DNA of 64,000 nt, taken from the NCBI RefSeq assembly GCF_009914755.1, contig NC_060936.1, one strand, 5' to 3'. The position numbers were made by a program, and so were the translations under genes. Shown here in pieces: positions 47,840-64,000 of the stretch. This stretch comes from the human T2T-CHM13v2.0 reference genome, Homo sapiens. Numbering within the stretch: the first letter of the stretch is position 1; every line of letters begins with the position of its first letter. The notes beneath the pieces were generated by a model. It ran no database searches and was not told where the DNA came from. It saw only the letters and a list, made by a program, of their open reading frames with translations.

Positions 47840-48339
47840 TAGGTTAAGCATTCCTAATACTAAAATCCAAAATGCTCTAAAATCAGAAACTTTTTGAGCA
47901 CCAACATGATGCCACAAGTGGAAATTTCACACCTGACCTCTCATGATGGGTTGCAGTCAAAAAGCAGGTGTATTACAGTTTATTCAGTGTTTATTCCCTG
48001 TCCCCAAGGGAAAAAAGATCCTCCCAGCTGAGATAAATCTTTTCTGTATACGCCCAGACTCCCCCAAGTAAGCACGCCCACTAAGGATGATAAAATGGCA
48101 CATGTACAGGCCAGACATGCCAATGGCAAGTTCCCCCGATTCCCCATGAGGAGCCAAGACCTATGTGTATTACTCACTGTGGATTTTTGCATATTCTCTT
48201 CTTTGTGGTGTAAAGATATTTTTGAAAAGGTCAGAAAGGCCTGCATGGTACCCAGAGTAATGCAAACATTCCAAAATCTGAAATCTGAAGTGTTTCTGGT
48301 CTGAACAAAGCATTTCGGATAAGAGATAATCAACCTGTA
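47840..48339. mobile_element. Tigger4/MER46-like element with terminal inverted repeats
   Basis: Left end TAGGTTAAGCATTCCTAAT and right end GGATAAGAGATAATCAACCTG-TA form degenerate TIRs; AATCCAAAATGCTC/AAAATCTGAAATCTGAA internal motifs. Confidence 0.8.
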
Positions 48340-48463
48340 TTTAGATAATCAACCTGTATTTGTTTTCTGAAACTTTTATAAATAGCATTTAACATAAAAA
48401 TGTTTTAAGAAATACTGAAAGACATGTAAACAAAAGGACATTGATAATCAAAAGATACCTTAC

Positions 48464-48645
48464 CTTGAAACATCACCGTTGGTCTGCATTTCTTGAAATT
48501 CACACAAAGAGGTATCATCATTGCTTAAGCTTTCAATCATAGACATTTCATTACTATTTTGAGAAAGATCTTTAGTTTTTCCAAGATTCGCTAATGATGT
48601 AACCACATTGGCCAATGTACTTAAATCTCCCTGACATGATTCAGC
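48464..48645 (-). CDS. NR2C1: TR2 exon 8
   Basis: AESCQGDLSTLANVVTSLANLGKTKDLSQNSNEMSMIESLSNDDTSLCEFQEMQTNGDVS(R); 182 nt; TTTTAAAG acceptor, GTAAGG donor. Confidence 0.97.
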
Positions 48646-48816
48646 CTTTAAAAAAAAGGGTATTAAAATTCTGTGAATTGGTATCACTATTTTTTTCAAT
48701 CTGAAATATCCAATTATAGATTATGATATGCCAACAAAAGAACAGTATGATAAATGAAACCTGGAAAGTTAAAGGGCTGAGCTTTCAGAAATTTACTGAG
48801 GAAAATACAAGTTTAA

Positions 48817-49065
<249 letters not shown>

Positions 49066-50353
49066 TAAGATGGTCTTGATCTCCTGACCTCATGATCTGC
49101 CTGCCTCGGCCTCCCAAAGTGTTGGGATTACAGGCGTGGGCCATCGCGCCCGGCCGTATATGTTACTTTTTTTTAAGAGACAAGGTCTCCCTTTGTCACC
49201 CAGACTGGAGTACAGTGGCACGACCACAGATCACTGCATCCTTAAATTTCTGGGCTCACTGATCCTCCTACCTCAGCCTCCTGAGCAGCTGATCCTACAG
49301 GTGTGCACTGCTATGCCTGGGTTGTTTTTTCATTTTTAGAAATGGGGTCTTGCTGTGTTGCCCAGGCTGGTCTTGAACTCCTGGTATCAAGTGATCCTCC
49401 CTGCCTCAGCCTCCTGAGTACAATTTCTAAAACTTACTATACAAACTATAAACTTGTATGGAATATGAAGAATACTAGTGAAGAGCGGGGGAAAAAATGG
49501 CAAATGAATTGTTGAACAGACTTCCTAGGATGCCAACTTTTGCCAAACATTGTGTTAATTAAATGTGTTAAAAGGCACTGTGTTAAACACAAACATTAAA
49601 AGAAATAGATCAGTTACCCATTATTCTCTTCACTTTTTTGTCACTGGAGTTGAAAACTCTCTTTATATAGGTAAGATACTGATCTACTTGTCTTTTTTTT
49701 TTTGAGACAGAGTCTCACTCTGTCACCCAGGCTGGAGTGCAGTGGTGTGATCTCAGCTCACTGCAACCTCCAACTCCTGGGTTCAAGTGATCTTCCCACC
49801 TCAGCCTCCTGACTACGGGCGCATACCACCATGTCCAGCTAATTTTTTAATTTTTTGTAGAGATGGGGTTTCATCATGTTGCCCAGGCTGGTCTCAAACT
49901 CCTGGGCTCAAGTGATCTACCTGCCACAGTTTCCCAAAGTGCTGGGATTACAGACATGAGCCACCGTGCCCGGCTTGTCTTCATTTTTTTAATGTTTGTT
50001 GAAAATGTGTATATTACTTGTGCATTAGCTACAATTCTTTTATAAAAAAGAATTTTCTCTCAACTCTTTTGACAACTCAGAAATATAATTTGTACGGGAA
50101 AGGCAGGTAAGTGCTTTATTTTTCTTTTACTTTGTTATCAATTTTCAGAGCAAGAAGCTGATATCCTAGCAATTTCTAATTATGATACATGAGTTTTTCT
50201 GAGTATAATTTTTAATTCATAGATTTTCATATATTTGATTTAAATTTATTAAATTCTTTTGTAAATCCTTTCCCATCCTAACCTAATGAGAAGCCTTTTA
50301 AGTTGCCTTCTATGGCCTACTGGGCCAACCCCTTAATGGTATCTTCTTATTAA

Positions 50354-50568
<215 letters not shown>

Positions 50569-51454
50569 TAGAGACAGGGTTTCACTGTGTTAGCCAGGAC
50601 AGTCTCGATCTCCTGACCTCGTGATCTGCCCGCCTTGGCCTCCCAAAGTGCTGGGATTACAGGCGTGAGCCACTGTGCCTGGCCCTTTTTGGTGTTCTTA
50701 ATACTAAAATAACACATATGTTCCCATGATGTTTCATTTATTATAACAATCAGTTTCTGTGAGATTTTGGTGAATCAGTAGAATAAAATAATTTTTGTGC
50801 CTTCTCCAAATTAATCAATGGTCCAAAAATCATTTACTGAAAACCCTACCAGTTATCATGTTCTTACATAATTAATACCTATATATGCATTTTATTTAAC
50901 TCCCATAACAACTCTGAAATAGAAATCATCATTCCTCTATTGCTAACCAGAAAAATGACCCAAATAGTAGAGGTGGGACTGGCTGACTGCCAAAGTCTAT
51001 GCTTTTTTTTTTTTTTAAGAGACAGTGTTTTTTAGAGACACTCCTATCGCCTAGACTGGAGTGCAGTGCCAGGATCATAGCTCACTGCAGCTTTGAACTC
51101 CTAGGCTCAAGTAATCCTCTGCCTCAGCCTCCCAAACAGCTGGGACTACAGGCATGTACCACCATGCCTGGGTAATTTTTTTATTTTTAGAGACAGAGTC
51201 TCGCTATGTTTCCCAGGTTGGTCTCAAATTCCTAGCCTCAAGGAACTCTTCAACTTCAGCCTCCTGAGCTGCTGGGATACAGGCTTGAGCCACTGTGCCC
51301 AGAAAAGCCCATAATGTTAAGCACTGCCCCAAGAAATTTTCTTATATTTGAATAAAAAGTACATTAGTTACAATTTTAAATGCTTTAATATTCACCTAAA
51401 ACTTAGAAGCTTATATAGTCTCTTCTACCTAGCAACATATCTAACTAGATTCTT

Positions 51455-51819
51455 TTTTATTTTATTTTATTTTTTTATTGATCATTCTTAGGTGTTTCTC
51501 GCAGAGGGGGATTTGGCAGGGTCATAGGACAATAGTGGAGGGACGGTCAGCAGATAAACAAGTGAACAAAGGTCTCTAGTTTTCCTAGGCAGAGGACCCT
51601 GCAGCGTTCCACAGTGTTTGTGTCCCTGGGTACTTGAGATTAGGGAGTGGTGATGATTCTTAACGAGCATGCTGCCTTCAAGCATCTGTTTAACAAAGCA
51701 CATCTTGCACCGCCCTTAATCCATTTAACCCTGAGTGGACACAGCACATGTTTCAGAGAGCACAGGGTTGGGGGTAAGGTCACCGATCAACAGGATCCCA
51801 AGGCAGAAGAATTTTTCTT
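51455..51819 (-). mobile_element. 5'-truncated SVA retrotransposon (SINE-R portion plus A tail), 15-bp TSD
   Basis: Minus strand ends ...CTGCGAGAAACACCTAAGAATGATCAATAAAA+A-rich tail (HERV-K-derived SINE-R); TCTAACTAGATTCTT duplicated at 51440-51454 and 51820-51834; TT|AAGA L1-endonuclease-type site. Confidence 0.93.
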
Positions 51820-52467
51820 TCTAACTAGATTCTTAAGTTTTTGCCCCTAAAGGCTCTTAGCCAACATAGAAAACTTTCATCTTGTGACTTCAGAGTTTTG
51901 GGGCAATTTATCAGAGAAGCTTACCATACGGTTGTCATAACAATTTAATACAAAGATATACAAGAGAGCACAGTGTCTGGGCAGAGTAGTTTGTCAAGGA
52001 AACCTAGTTCCCTTCCTTTCTTAAAGGAGTTAATATGTCAGTAAAACCAATTATCATTCTAACCTTGAATCATGCAGACAGGGCTAAGTGAAGTTTTCCA
52101 AAATATATGGCAAGAGGCCACTGCCTCACCTAGCAATTACATGCTAAAGCCCAAACTGTAAGATACTTTTATTACTCTTATTTTACAGATGAGAAAGTAA
52201 GGCACTAAGAGGTCAAATAACTTGCCTAATGTTATATAGCTAGTAAGTGGTAGATGAAATTTGATTTCCGAGCCTAAGTATTTAGAGCGCCTTAAAGCAT
52301 CAAGTGACAAATATATAACAAATCTTGCATAAACAGGACAAATAATCTTATAGGTTATATAAAATCAGATCCCGGCCGGGCGCAGTGGCTCACGCCTGTA
52401 ATCCCAGCACTCTGGGAGGCTGAGGCAGGCGGATCATGAGGTCAGGCGATTGAGACCATCCTGGCTA

Positions 52468-52704
<237 letters not shown>

Positions 52705-53802
52705 TCATGCACATAACCCCAGCAATCTGGAAGGCTGAGGTGGGAGGGTCACTTGAGCCCAGGAGTTCGAGACCAGCTGGGTAACACAATGAAACTCGGT
52801 CTCTACAAAAATAGGAAAAATTAGCCAGGCACAGTGTCACGTGCCTGCAGCCCTAGCTTCTTGGGAGGCTGAGGTGAGAGGATCCCTGGAGCCTGAGAGG
52901 ACGAGGCTGCAGCAAGCCATTACTGTGCCACCACCGTACCCCCAGCTTGGGTGACAAGAGGGGACCCTGTTTAAAAAACAAACATGGTTGAGAGAAACCC
53001 TGATCATAGGCTTCCTAAAATCTGTTTTCAGATATGAGTTTTCAGGAGAAATTTTTGCTTCTTGTTCTCCCAAAGGGCTTCTGACAAGTACAGAAACTCT
53101 TCATGTTCAATTTAAATAAACAAACTGTTTTTCCTTTAGACCCTTGGTCTAACATAGAGCTGCTCCAATCTCTAAGAGAACTGGATGACTTGGATACATA
53201 AAAGGAGAGCTCTTGCAGTCCTATTCCTACTCTTGACTCAAGTAAATATTTTGATGGAGGTGAGCTAAGAATTTCCTTTTACCTGAAATATTTTAAGTAT
53301 TTTGGCACTAAAAAATAAAAAAAGTATTTTGGCACTAACAAATCTGTAAGGGAGCATAAAAGAAATATTAAGAATTGTACGGCTGGGCGTGCTGGCTCAC
53401 GCCTGTAATCCCAGCACTTTGGGAGGCCAAGGCGGGTGGATCACGAGGTCAGGCGATCGAGACCATCCTGGCTAACAAGGTGAAACCCCGTCTCTACTAA
53501 AAATACAAAAAAATTAGCTGGGTGTGGTGGCAGGTGCCTGTAGTCCCAGCTATTCAGGAGGCTGAGGCAGGAGAATGGCGGGAACCCGGGAAGCGGAGCT
53601 TGCAGTGAGCCGAGACTGTGCCACTGCACTCTAGCCTCGGCAACAGAGTGAGACTCCATCTCAAAAAAAAAAAAAAACAGACTTTTACACCTATAATAAA
53701 TGTCTTACTGAGGACTCGTATTTCAAGATGAGGGAAGAGTACGTGTTTGTTGCTTTCATGTTGAAGGGATAATCATCCTAGTGAAATTATGAACATTTCT
53801 GA

Positions 53803-54127
<325 letters not shown>

Positions 54128-54256
54128 TAAAAAAAAAAAGGCAACTTGTAATATGGAATATTTAAGAACAAAGCAATTTACCAAAGCAAAGGAAGTGATT
54201 AGAAAACATTTTAAAATGCTTAAAATTATCTAAGCTTTAAATTGTACTAAACACAC

Positions 54257-54347
54257 CTTATCTGATGTCATCAGCACAGCTGACTCAGTTTTTACTCCAG
54301 ATGGATGAATATTCATGAACATTCCTGAATCTAACAGTCCTGTTGAC
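54257..54347 (-). CDS. NR2C1: TR2 exon 7
   Basis: (R)STGLLDSGMFMNIHPSGVKTESAVLMTSDK; 91 nt; preceded by an 87-nt intron (54348-54434). Confidence 0.97.
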
Positions 54348-54434
54348 CTGTAACAAATCAGCACAAATTTTGGCCTGAGTTTCATTGGGAAGAAAAACAA
54401 AATGACCAGCTACTCAGTGTCTGTTTTACTTTAC

Positions 54435-54582
54435 CTTGTACTTTCACTATCTGTTACAAAAGTTGGAGTTGCAGTTAATGGGCTACGAAGGTCCTTTCGG
54501 ATATAGATTTTTTCTGTTGAAGCGGCACAGTTGGAAGATTTTTCTCGTGATACTTCAATGGGTTTTCTTTCACATTGGACAG
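54435..54582 (-). CDS. NR2C1: TR2 exon 6 (T-box/hinge)
   Basis: (S)VQCERKPIEVSREKSSNCAASTEKIYIRKDLRSPLTATPTFVTDSEST(R); 148 nt; GT-AG. Confidence 0.97.
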
Positions 54583-55013
54583 CTACAAAAATGTGTTAAA
54601 CTATTATATCACAATATAGGATTTACAGACAATTAGAAATGTAAGCTGTAGGTAAGCTTAATGCTGCTAATAGGAGACATGGCTACCATACTAAACTCCA
54701 AAGATAACCATCAATCTTTAGAAATTATGTGCAAGTTCAACAAAGTTGCTTTAGATTAGTAAAACAAACCAATTTGCATCTCTCATTCTTTTTGCCAAAC
54801 ACAAACTACAAATACGTGCTTTTTACACAGGTATTCAATAAATATTAGTTGAATAAATAAAAAAGTACATACGTAGGTCTGTATTCTTATATTTTTAGTT
54901 GGAAAACTGTAAACTAAAAAGTATACATATTTGACATATTTTGTTAATTTCAATACTCTTGTAGTTTGCTGGAATCTTTAAAAAGTATTTTCTCCTTAAA
55001 AGCTAATACATAC

Positions 55014-55193
55014 AGTCTTGCTTCATTCCAAACGCAATACATCTCTGTAACCTGCAGTATTGACAGCGGTTTCGGTGGTGCTTATTAATAATACAATCCT
55101 TTGATCCTCGACATGAATATACTAAATTTTTTCGGATGCTTCTTTTAAAAAATCCTTTGCAGCCTTCACAAGTTACTGCTCCATAATGACGTC
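55014..55193 (-). CDS. NR2C1: TR2 exon 5 (C4 zinc-finger DNA-binding domain, P-box CEGCKG)
   Basis: (G)[59 protein letters not shown]; 180 nt; GT-AG. Confidence 0.98.
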
Positions 55194-55804
55194 CTAGAGA
55201 GAAAATGTTTAAGAAAATATAAAAGTCACATTATTTCAGAACAGAAATGACATAAGCCAATTTCTTCCCTTTAAACAACATATAAGATGAAACTGATTTT
55301 TGAGCTTCTGACATGAAAAACATTTTTAGAAGTTATTTTTATTTATCATAACTTTTTTAGAGACGGGATCTCGCTCTGTGGCCCAGGCTGAAGTGTAATG
55401 GTGCGATCACAGTTCACTGCAGTCTCGAACTACTGGACTCAAGGGATATCCCCAACTAGCTGGGACTACAGGCTTGCGCCACCACACCCGACCAGTTTTA
55501 TTATTATTTTTTTTTGTAGAGGCAGTCTTGCCATTTTGCCCAGGCTGGTCTTGAACTCCTGGCCTCAAGCGATCCTCCTGCCTCCACTCCCAAAGTGCTG
55601 GGATTACAGGCATGAGCCATCTCACCTGGCCTAATGTAATATATTATTAAAGATCAGAAGTCATTATTTTTAAATGATTCCTTTGCCAAAATTTCTAGTT
55701 TTCACATTAAAAAATGTTTCTACAGCTGGGCGTGGTAACTCACGCCTGTAATCCTAGCACTTTGGGAGGCCAAGGCAGGTGGATCACTTGAGGTCAGGAG
55801 TTCA

Positions 55805-56062
<258 letters not shown>

Positions 56063-56270
56063 TTATTTCATTACAAATCATATTAAATTGCACTGAAGTT
56101 AAAAAATATAAGTGAATAAAGAACTTTGGGACCGGGCATGGGGGCTTACACCTGTAATCCCAGCACTTTGGGAGGCCAAGGAGGGGAGGGTGGATCACCT
56201 GAGGTCAGGAGTTTGAGACCAGCCTGGCCAACATGGTGAAACTCCATTTCCAATAAAAATACAAAAATTA

Positions 56271-56411
<141 letters not shown>

Positions 56412-56610
56412 TCACAAACAAAGAACTCTGGGAAAAAATTAGTTAAATGTTATAGGCTACAAATATGAACCATAAAAACGACATACTCCTTTATTTCTCT
56501 TCTTACTTTTAGTAGAAGAAACATGGTAGTGTGGTAGTTATTTCAACAACACGACACATATAGGAGGTTATTTTTTTTTTCTGTTTTTAGGAGGTTATTC
56601 TTAATGTTAC

Positions 56611-56689
56611 CTGATGCTTTGTCTCCACATACTACGCAAAGATCAAAAACCTTATTTGGTCCTTGGTCTGGAGAATTATCTGTTAGGAG
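56611..56689 (-). CDS. NR2C1: TR2 exon 4 (start of zinc finger 1)
   Basis: LLTDNSPDQGPNKVFDLCVVCGDKAS(G); 79 nt; long poly(T) tract + AG acceptor, GTAACA donor. Confidence 0.97.
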
Positions 56690-57157
56690 CTAAAAAAAAA
56701 AAAAAAAAAAAAGAAAACAAAAACGAAAACCTGTTGTTACTCAACAGCACTCATTCTATTAAAAAAATTAAAGAACATTCAGTTGGTCTTGCTTTGTTGC
56801 TTTCTTTTTCACAAGTTATTTTTAAACTTTGTACTCTATGAAGAGCTCAGAACCTTTCCACATGTAATGACGACAAAAATAAGCTTATAATGGCATAAAG
56901 AGATAACTCTAAACCTTTTAAATAGAAAAGGGGCTATAAATAAATTTCCTTGAGGTAATTATAATCATGCAGATGTGCTCGCTATACAAAGGTATGGACT
57001 TAAAAAGCTCATCACTAGGCACAGCTAATAAGATACTGGCAAAGGAAACTAGTTTCTTCTTTAAAAAACAAAAAAAGGCTGGGTGCGGTGGCTCACGCCT
57101 GTAATCCCAGCACTTTGGGAGGCTGAGGCGGGCAGATCACCTGAGGTCAGAAGTTCA

Positions 57158-57419
<262 letters not shown>

Positions 57420-57759
57420 TCAACCTTTTCATCATTTTCTTTCAATCTTGAAATGTGAACAAATAAATTCAATTAAAGAAAATGGAATGGCATTTGAATT
57501 CCTCCAGGAATACTTCTGATTTTATGAACTTTAAATGGTTCTTAAAATGACTGCCCCTTACTATGTAATATATAGCATCATTTCTTCTTATATCACCACA
57601 AAAATCAGTCTTCAGTAAGTACTTAAGCTTCTGGTACTAGATGTCCTATGAAAGCATCTATGGCAAGTATTACTCTTTAATAGCCTACCTGTTGCAAATG
57701 GTGCTAATCTTTTATCTATTATTCCTAAGTCTGGAAGGAGATATTGAGAGATTAAGGGA

Positions 57760-58160
57760 TTTACCCACATTCATGAGAAAAACATCAGACCAAGTCCAAT
57801 AGTGGCACATCCTACAATATACCTGGCCAGTACTCCTCACGTAATTGTCAAGGTCATCAAAAACAAGGAAAGTCTGAGAAACTGTCCTAGCCAAGAGAAG
57901 CCTCAGGAGACATGTCAACTCAATGCAATAAGGTATCCTGGATGGGATCCTGGGACAAACAAAGCCATTAGGCAAAAACTAAGGAAAGTCTAAACACCTA
58001 TAAACTTCAGTTAACAATGTATCAGTATTGCTCATTAATTATATCATGAATGTAAAATGTTAATAATAGGGGAACTGTGTGTATTTACGGGGGAGTAATA
58101 TGGGAACTCTGTTCTATATGCTCAGTTTTTCTGCAAATCTAAAACTATTCTAAAATATCA
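57760..58160 (+). mobile_element. Old L1 (L1MC/L1MD-like) 3' end
   Basis: GTCAAGGTCATCAAAAACAAGGAAAGTCTGAGAAACTGTC...GGATGGGATCCTGG...TTTTCTGCAAATCTAAAACTATTCTAAAAT are characteristic L1MC/MD 3' UTR motifs. Confidence 0.7.
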
Positions 58161-59212
58161 AGTCTACTACTTAAAGAAAAATTAAGGTACATATAATGTT
58201 ATACATTTTTTTGTGACTTTTGTCTTGTTGATAAAACAACTTCTTATAAATCTGTGACTGTATCCACTTTCTACCTTTATTTCCAAAACTAATACAAATA
58301 TCATTGGATGAATAGATGATATCAGGATATACAGACAAAATTTCGTGTTTTATGAATTCAGAGTTTTTCAATCCAAAGAGGAATTTTCTTTCGTGAGTTT
58401 TTCATCATAAAAGATAGAACCCAATTTTAAGTAGACCCCCTTCAAAAAGTTTCTGAAGGCAAACTTCAGAGTACATTATATTTGTATTCAATCATAGCAA
58501 CCAGCAGTGAAAACATCGACATAACCACAGGCATGTGGTGTATAAAAGTTTTTGAGTCTTTGAAGAATAATGTGTAATTTTCTATTCTAGCGAAAACTAA
58601 AATGATGTAATGTTAACATATACTACTTCATTCCAGAGTAAAGCAGGAGCCCATGACTGCACTGCTTGCTATTTCATGAAGATGTGCATGACAACAAAGG
58701 AGGCACAATGTTGAAGCCAGCAGCTATAGTCCAAACTTCTTGATTTGGCAGCTTCCTGTTTGTAGCACAGGCAGCTTGGTTCTGGAAAATACAGCTACAA
58801 AAGCTGCTCCTGATTTGACAATTTCCTAATTATGAAGTAGGAGGTCTCTTAGAAGCCAGTTTTGCAGCATGCTCCAATAGTCGATCTTGAAAACCTGGCC
58901 TAGAACTGTTTCTTCAACCTTCCTAACAATTCTGCAAGCTCTCTGTATCCTTTATTAAAGGCTGTTGTCCTGGCTACAATAGCCAGAGTGGATCTTACTG
59001 TATGCAACAAAGAATCCCCAAAATATATGAGTGTGAGGAAAGTACAGTGGCCCATAGGAGAGGGCTGTCACTGTAGATACTGTGTTACACATAATTTTAT
59101 GCATTTTTTTCCTACTGAATATACATAGATCTAAAGTCTTCATGGCAGGGCTTATGATTAAAATTTTTTTTTTATATATGTAAGAGGAAAAGACACTTCT
59201 ATAGTTATTTAC

Positions 59213-59443
59213 CTGCAGGTGTTGTGCAGACAGATCAGGAGTGGTAAAAAATAACTGGTTGACACCTGCTGCATCTGGAGTTGTAAGGAAAACTTTTCCC
59301 GGAGTGGAATCTTGCCTGGCCAGAATGACTTTGCTTGGAGTAGAGCCGTCGTGATTTGTCAGAATGAACTGCTTGCCTTGGGTATTATGATCAAGTGCTG
59401 TCACAATCTGGATTTTCTGCCCAGTTTGCTGCTCTGTAACAAT
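59213..59443 (-). CDS. NR2C1: TR2 exon 3 (N-terminal A/B domain)
   Basis: IVTEQQTGQKIQIVTALDHNTQGKQFILTNHDGSTPSKVILARQDSTPGKVFLTTPDAAGVNQLFFTTPDLSAQHLQ; 231 nt; TGTTAG acceptor, CAG|GTAAAT donor. Confidence 0.97.
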
Positions 59444-59689
59444 CTAACAAAATCATGAAAAATAATCAATGAAACTCAATAATTTTTCTTTAATGACACA
59501 ATTATCTTCTTAGAAAAGCACATTACATATATATTCAATATAACACACACGTACCTTTTAAACTACCGATTCTATTGCCACAAAATTCTATCCTACAGAA
59601 ATAAACAAATGTGCAAACAAAGGTACAATAGTAAGAACATTTTGACCTCACTATTTTGATTCCCTCCTTCCCCTTCCCTCCCATGTTCC

Positions 59690-61350
<1,661 letters not shown>

Positions 61351-61835
61351 TGGGGGGGAGGAACAAGTTCATGAATACACAGAACTATTTCAGCATTGAG
61401 AGTTTCTGTTATTCAGCAAATATATCCCAGATTAAACATCATTAAGCCAATTAAATTCCTTGATTCAATTTTAAAATGGCAAAGTCCGTTTGTTTCTAAT
61501 TTTCCAAAATTCCAATCCTGTTCCTTCTGTACCAAATTTTTTCTATTTTTATTTTCCTGAAATTATTTCAAGATTCTTTTCTATGCAAAATTTAAAACAA
61601 AGTTCTGATTCACTAATCAGTTTATGTCTAAAGCAAATTGTTTGGATAAAAGACTAATAGTTCATACTGACTTCTTAGAGAAGAGCATTTGGCGCATTCA
61701 TGGTCCAACTGCTCCTGGGTTGAAACATTCTGCTTAAATGAGTAAAAGGACATTACTGCAGCATAATAATTGTAATAATTGAATATTTGGGCAATCCAAA
61801 GAGCCTTCAATAGAGAAGAGTAGTAAATTATGTAA

Positions 61836-63606
<1,771 letters not shown>

Positions 63607-64000
63607 TCCAAATTATGTGGTATCTCTTACTAAGTAATAGGACACAACCATTTAAAAAAATGAAGATGTCAGTATTGATGCTGAACTCCTACTGATCCCA
63701 CCAAAACTAGGCTCAGATTGTACCCTCTAAAAAGAATTCCCTCAAAAGCATTCCTACTCACTCTACAGCTCTTTAATTTCTTTCCTTCCTTCCTTCCCTT
63801 CATTCCTTTCAATTTTCTTCTGTGCTCCCATTGCACCTGATACAATGACCTGTCACAGAACTTACCACATTCTACTATGAATTGTCTGATTATTCAACTA
63901 TCTCTCAGTAGCTTGAAAAGCTATCTTAAGTTAGGGAATATCTTTTATTTCTGGAACTCCAGAACCTGGTATATGCATTTAGTAGGAATTAGAAAAGTTT

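Overview
Primate (human-like; an SVA fragment implies a hominoid) genomic DNA, very rich in Alu and L1 repeats. Two genes lie on the minus strand. NDUFA12 contributes its first coding exon and CpG-rich promoter at the left end (ATG at 386, NRF1 site at 509-520). NR2C1 (TR2 orphan nuclear receptor) contributes coding exons 3-14 from 59443 down to the stop at 18934, followed by a 3' UTR; its start-codon exon lies beyond the right edge. All 12 NR2C1 exons have GT-AG boundaries with consistent phase and sum to 1758 nt; with the 54 coding nt I recall for the missing exon 2 this gives the 603-aa protein. Nearly all ORFs in the supplied track are Alu/L1 artefacts. I found no convincing new multi-gene system. 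Best second-look items: (i) a ~143-bp, ~92% identical non-Alu inverted duplication bracketing NR2C1 exon 10 and sitting at a truncated Alu end; (ii) several candidate cassette/poison exons with good splice sites, one of them an in-frame MIR-like exon; (iii) a tight inverted Alu-monomer hairpin in the putative long 3' UTR; (iv) a sense-oriented SVA fragment carrying a polyA signal; (v) a THE1-type LTR pointing toward NDUFA12. Gene, isoform and repeat names come from memory of the sequences, not from a database search; repeat boundaries are approximate unless a TSD is given.
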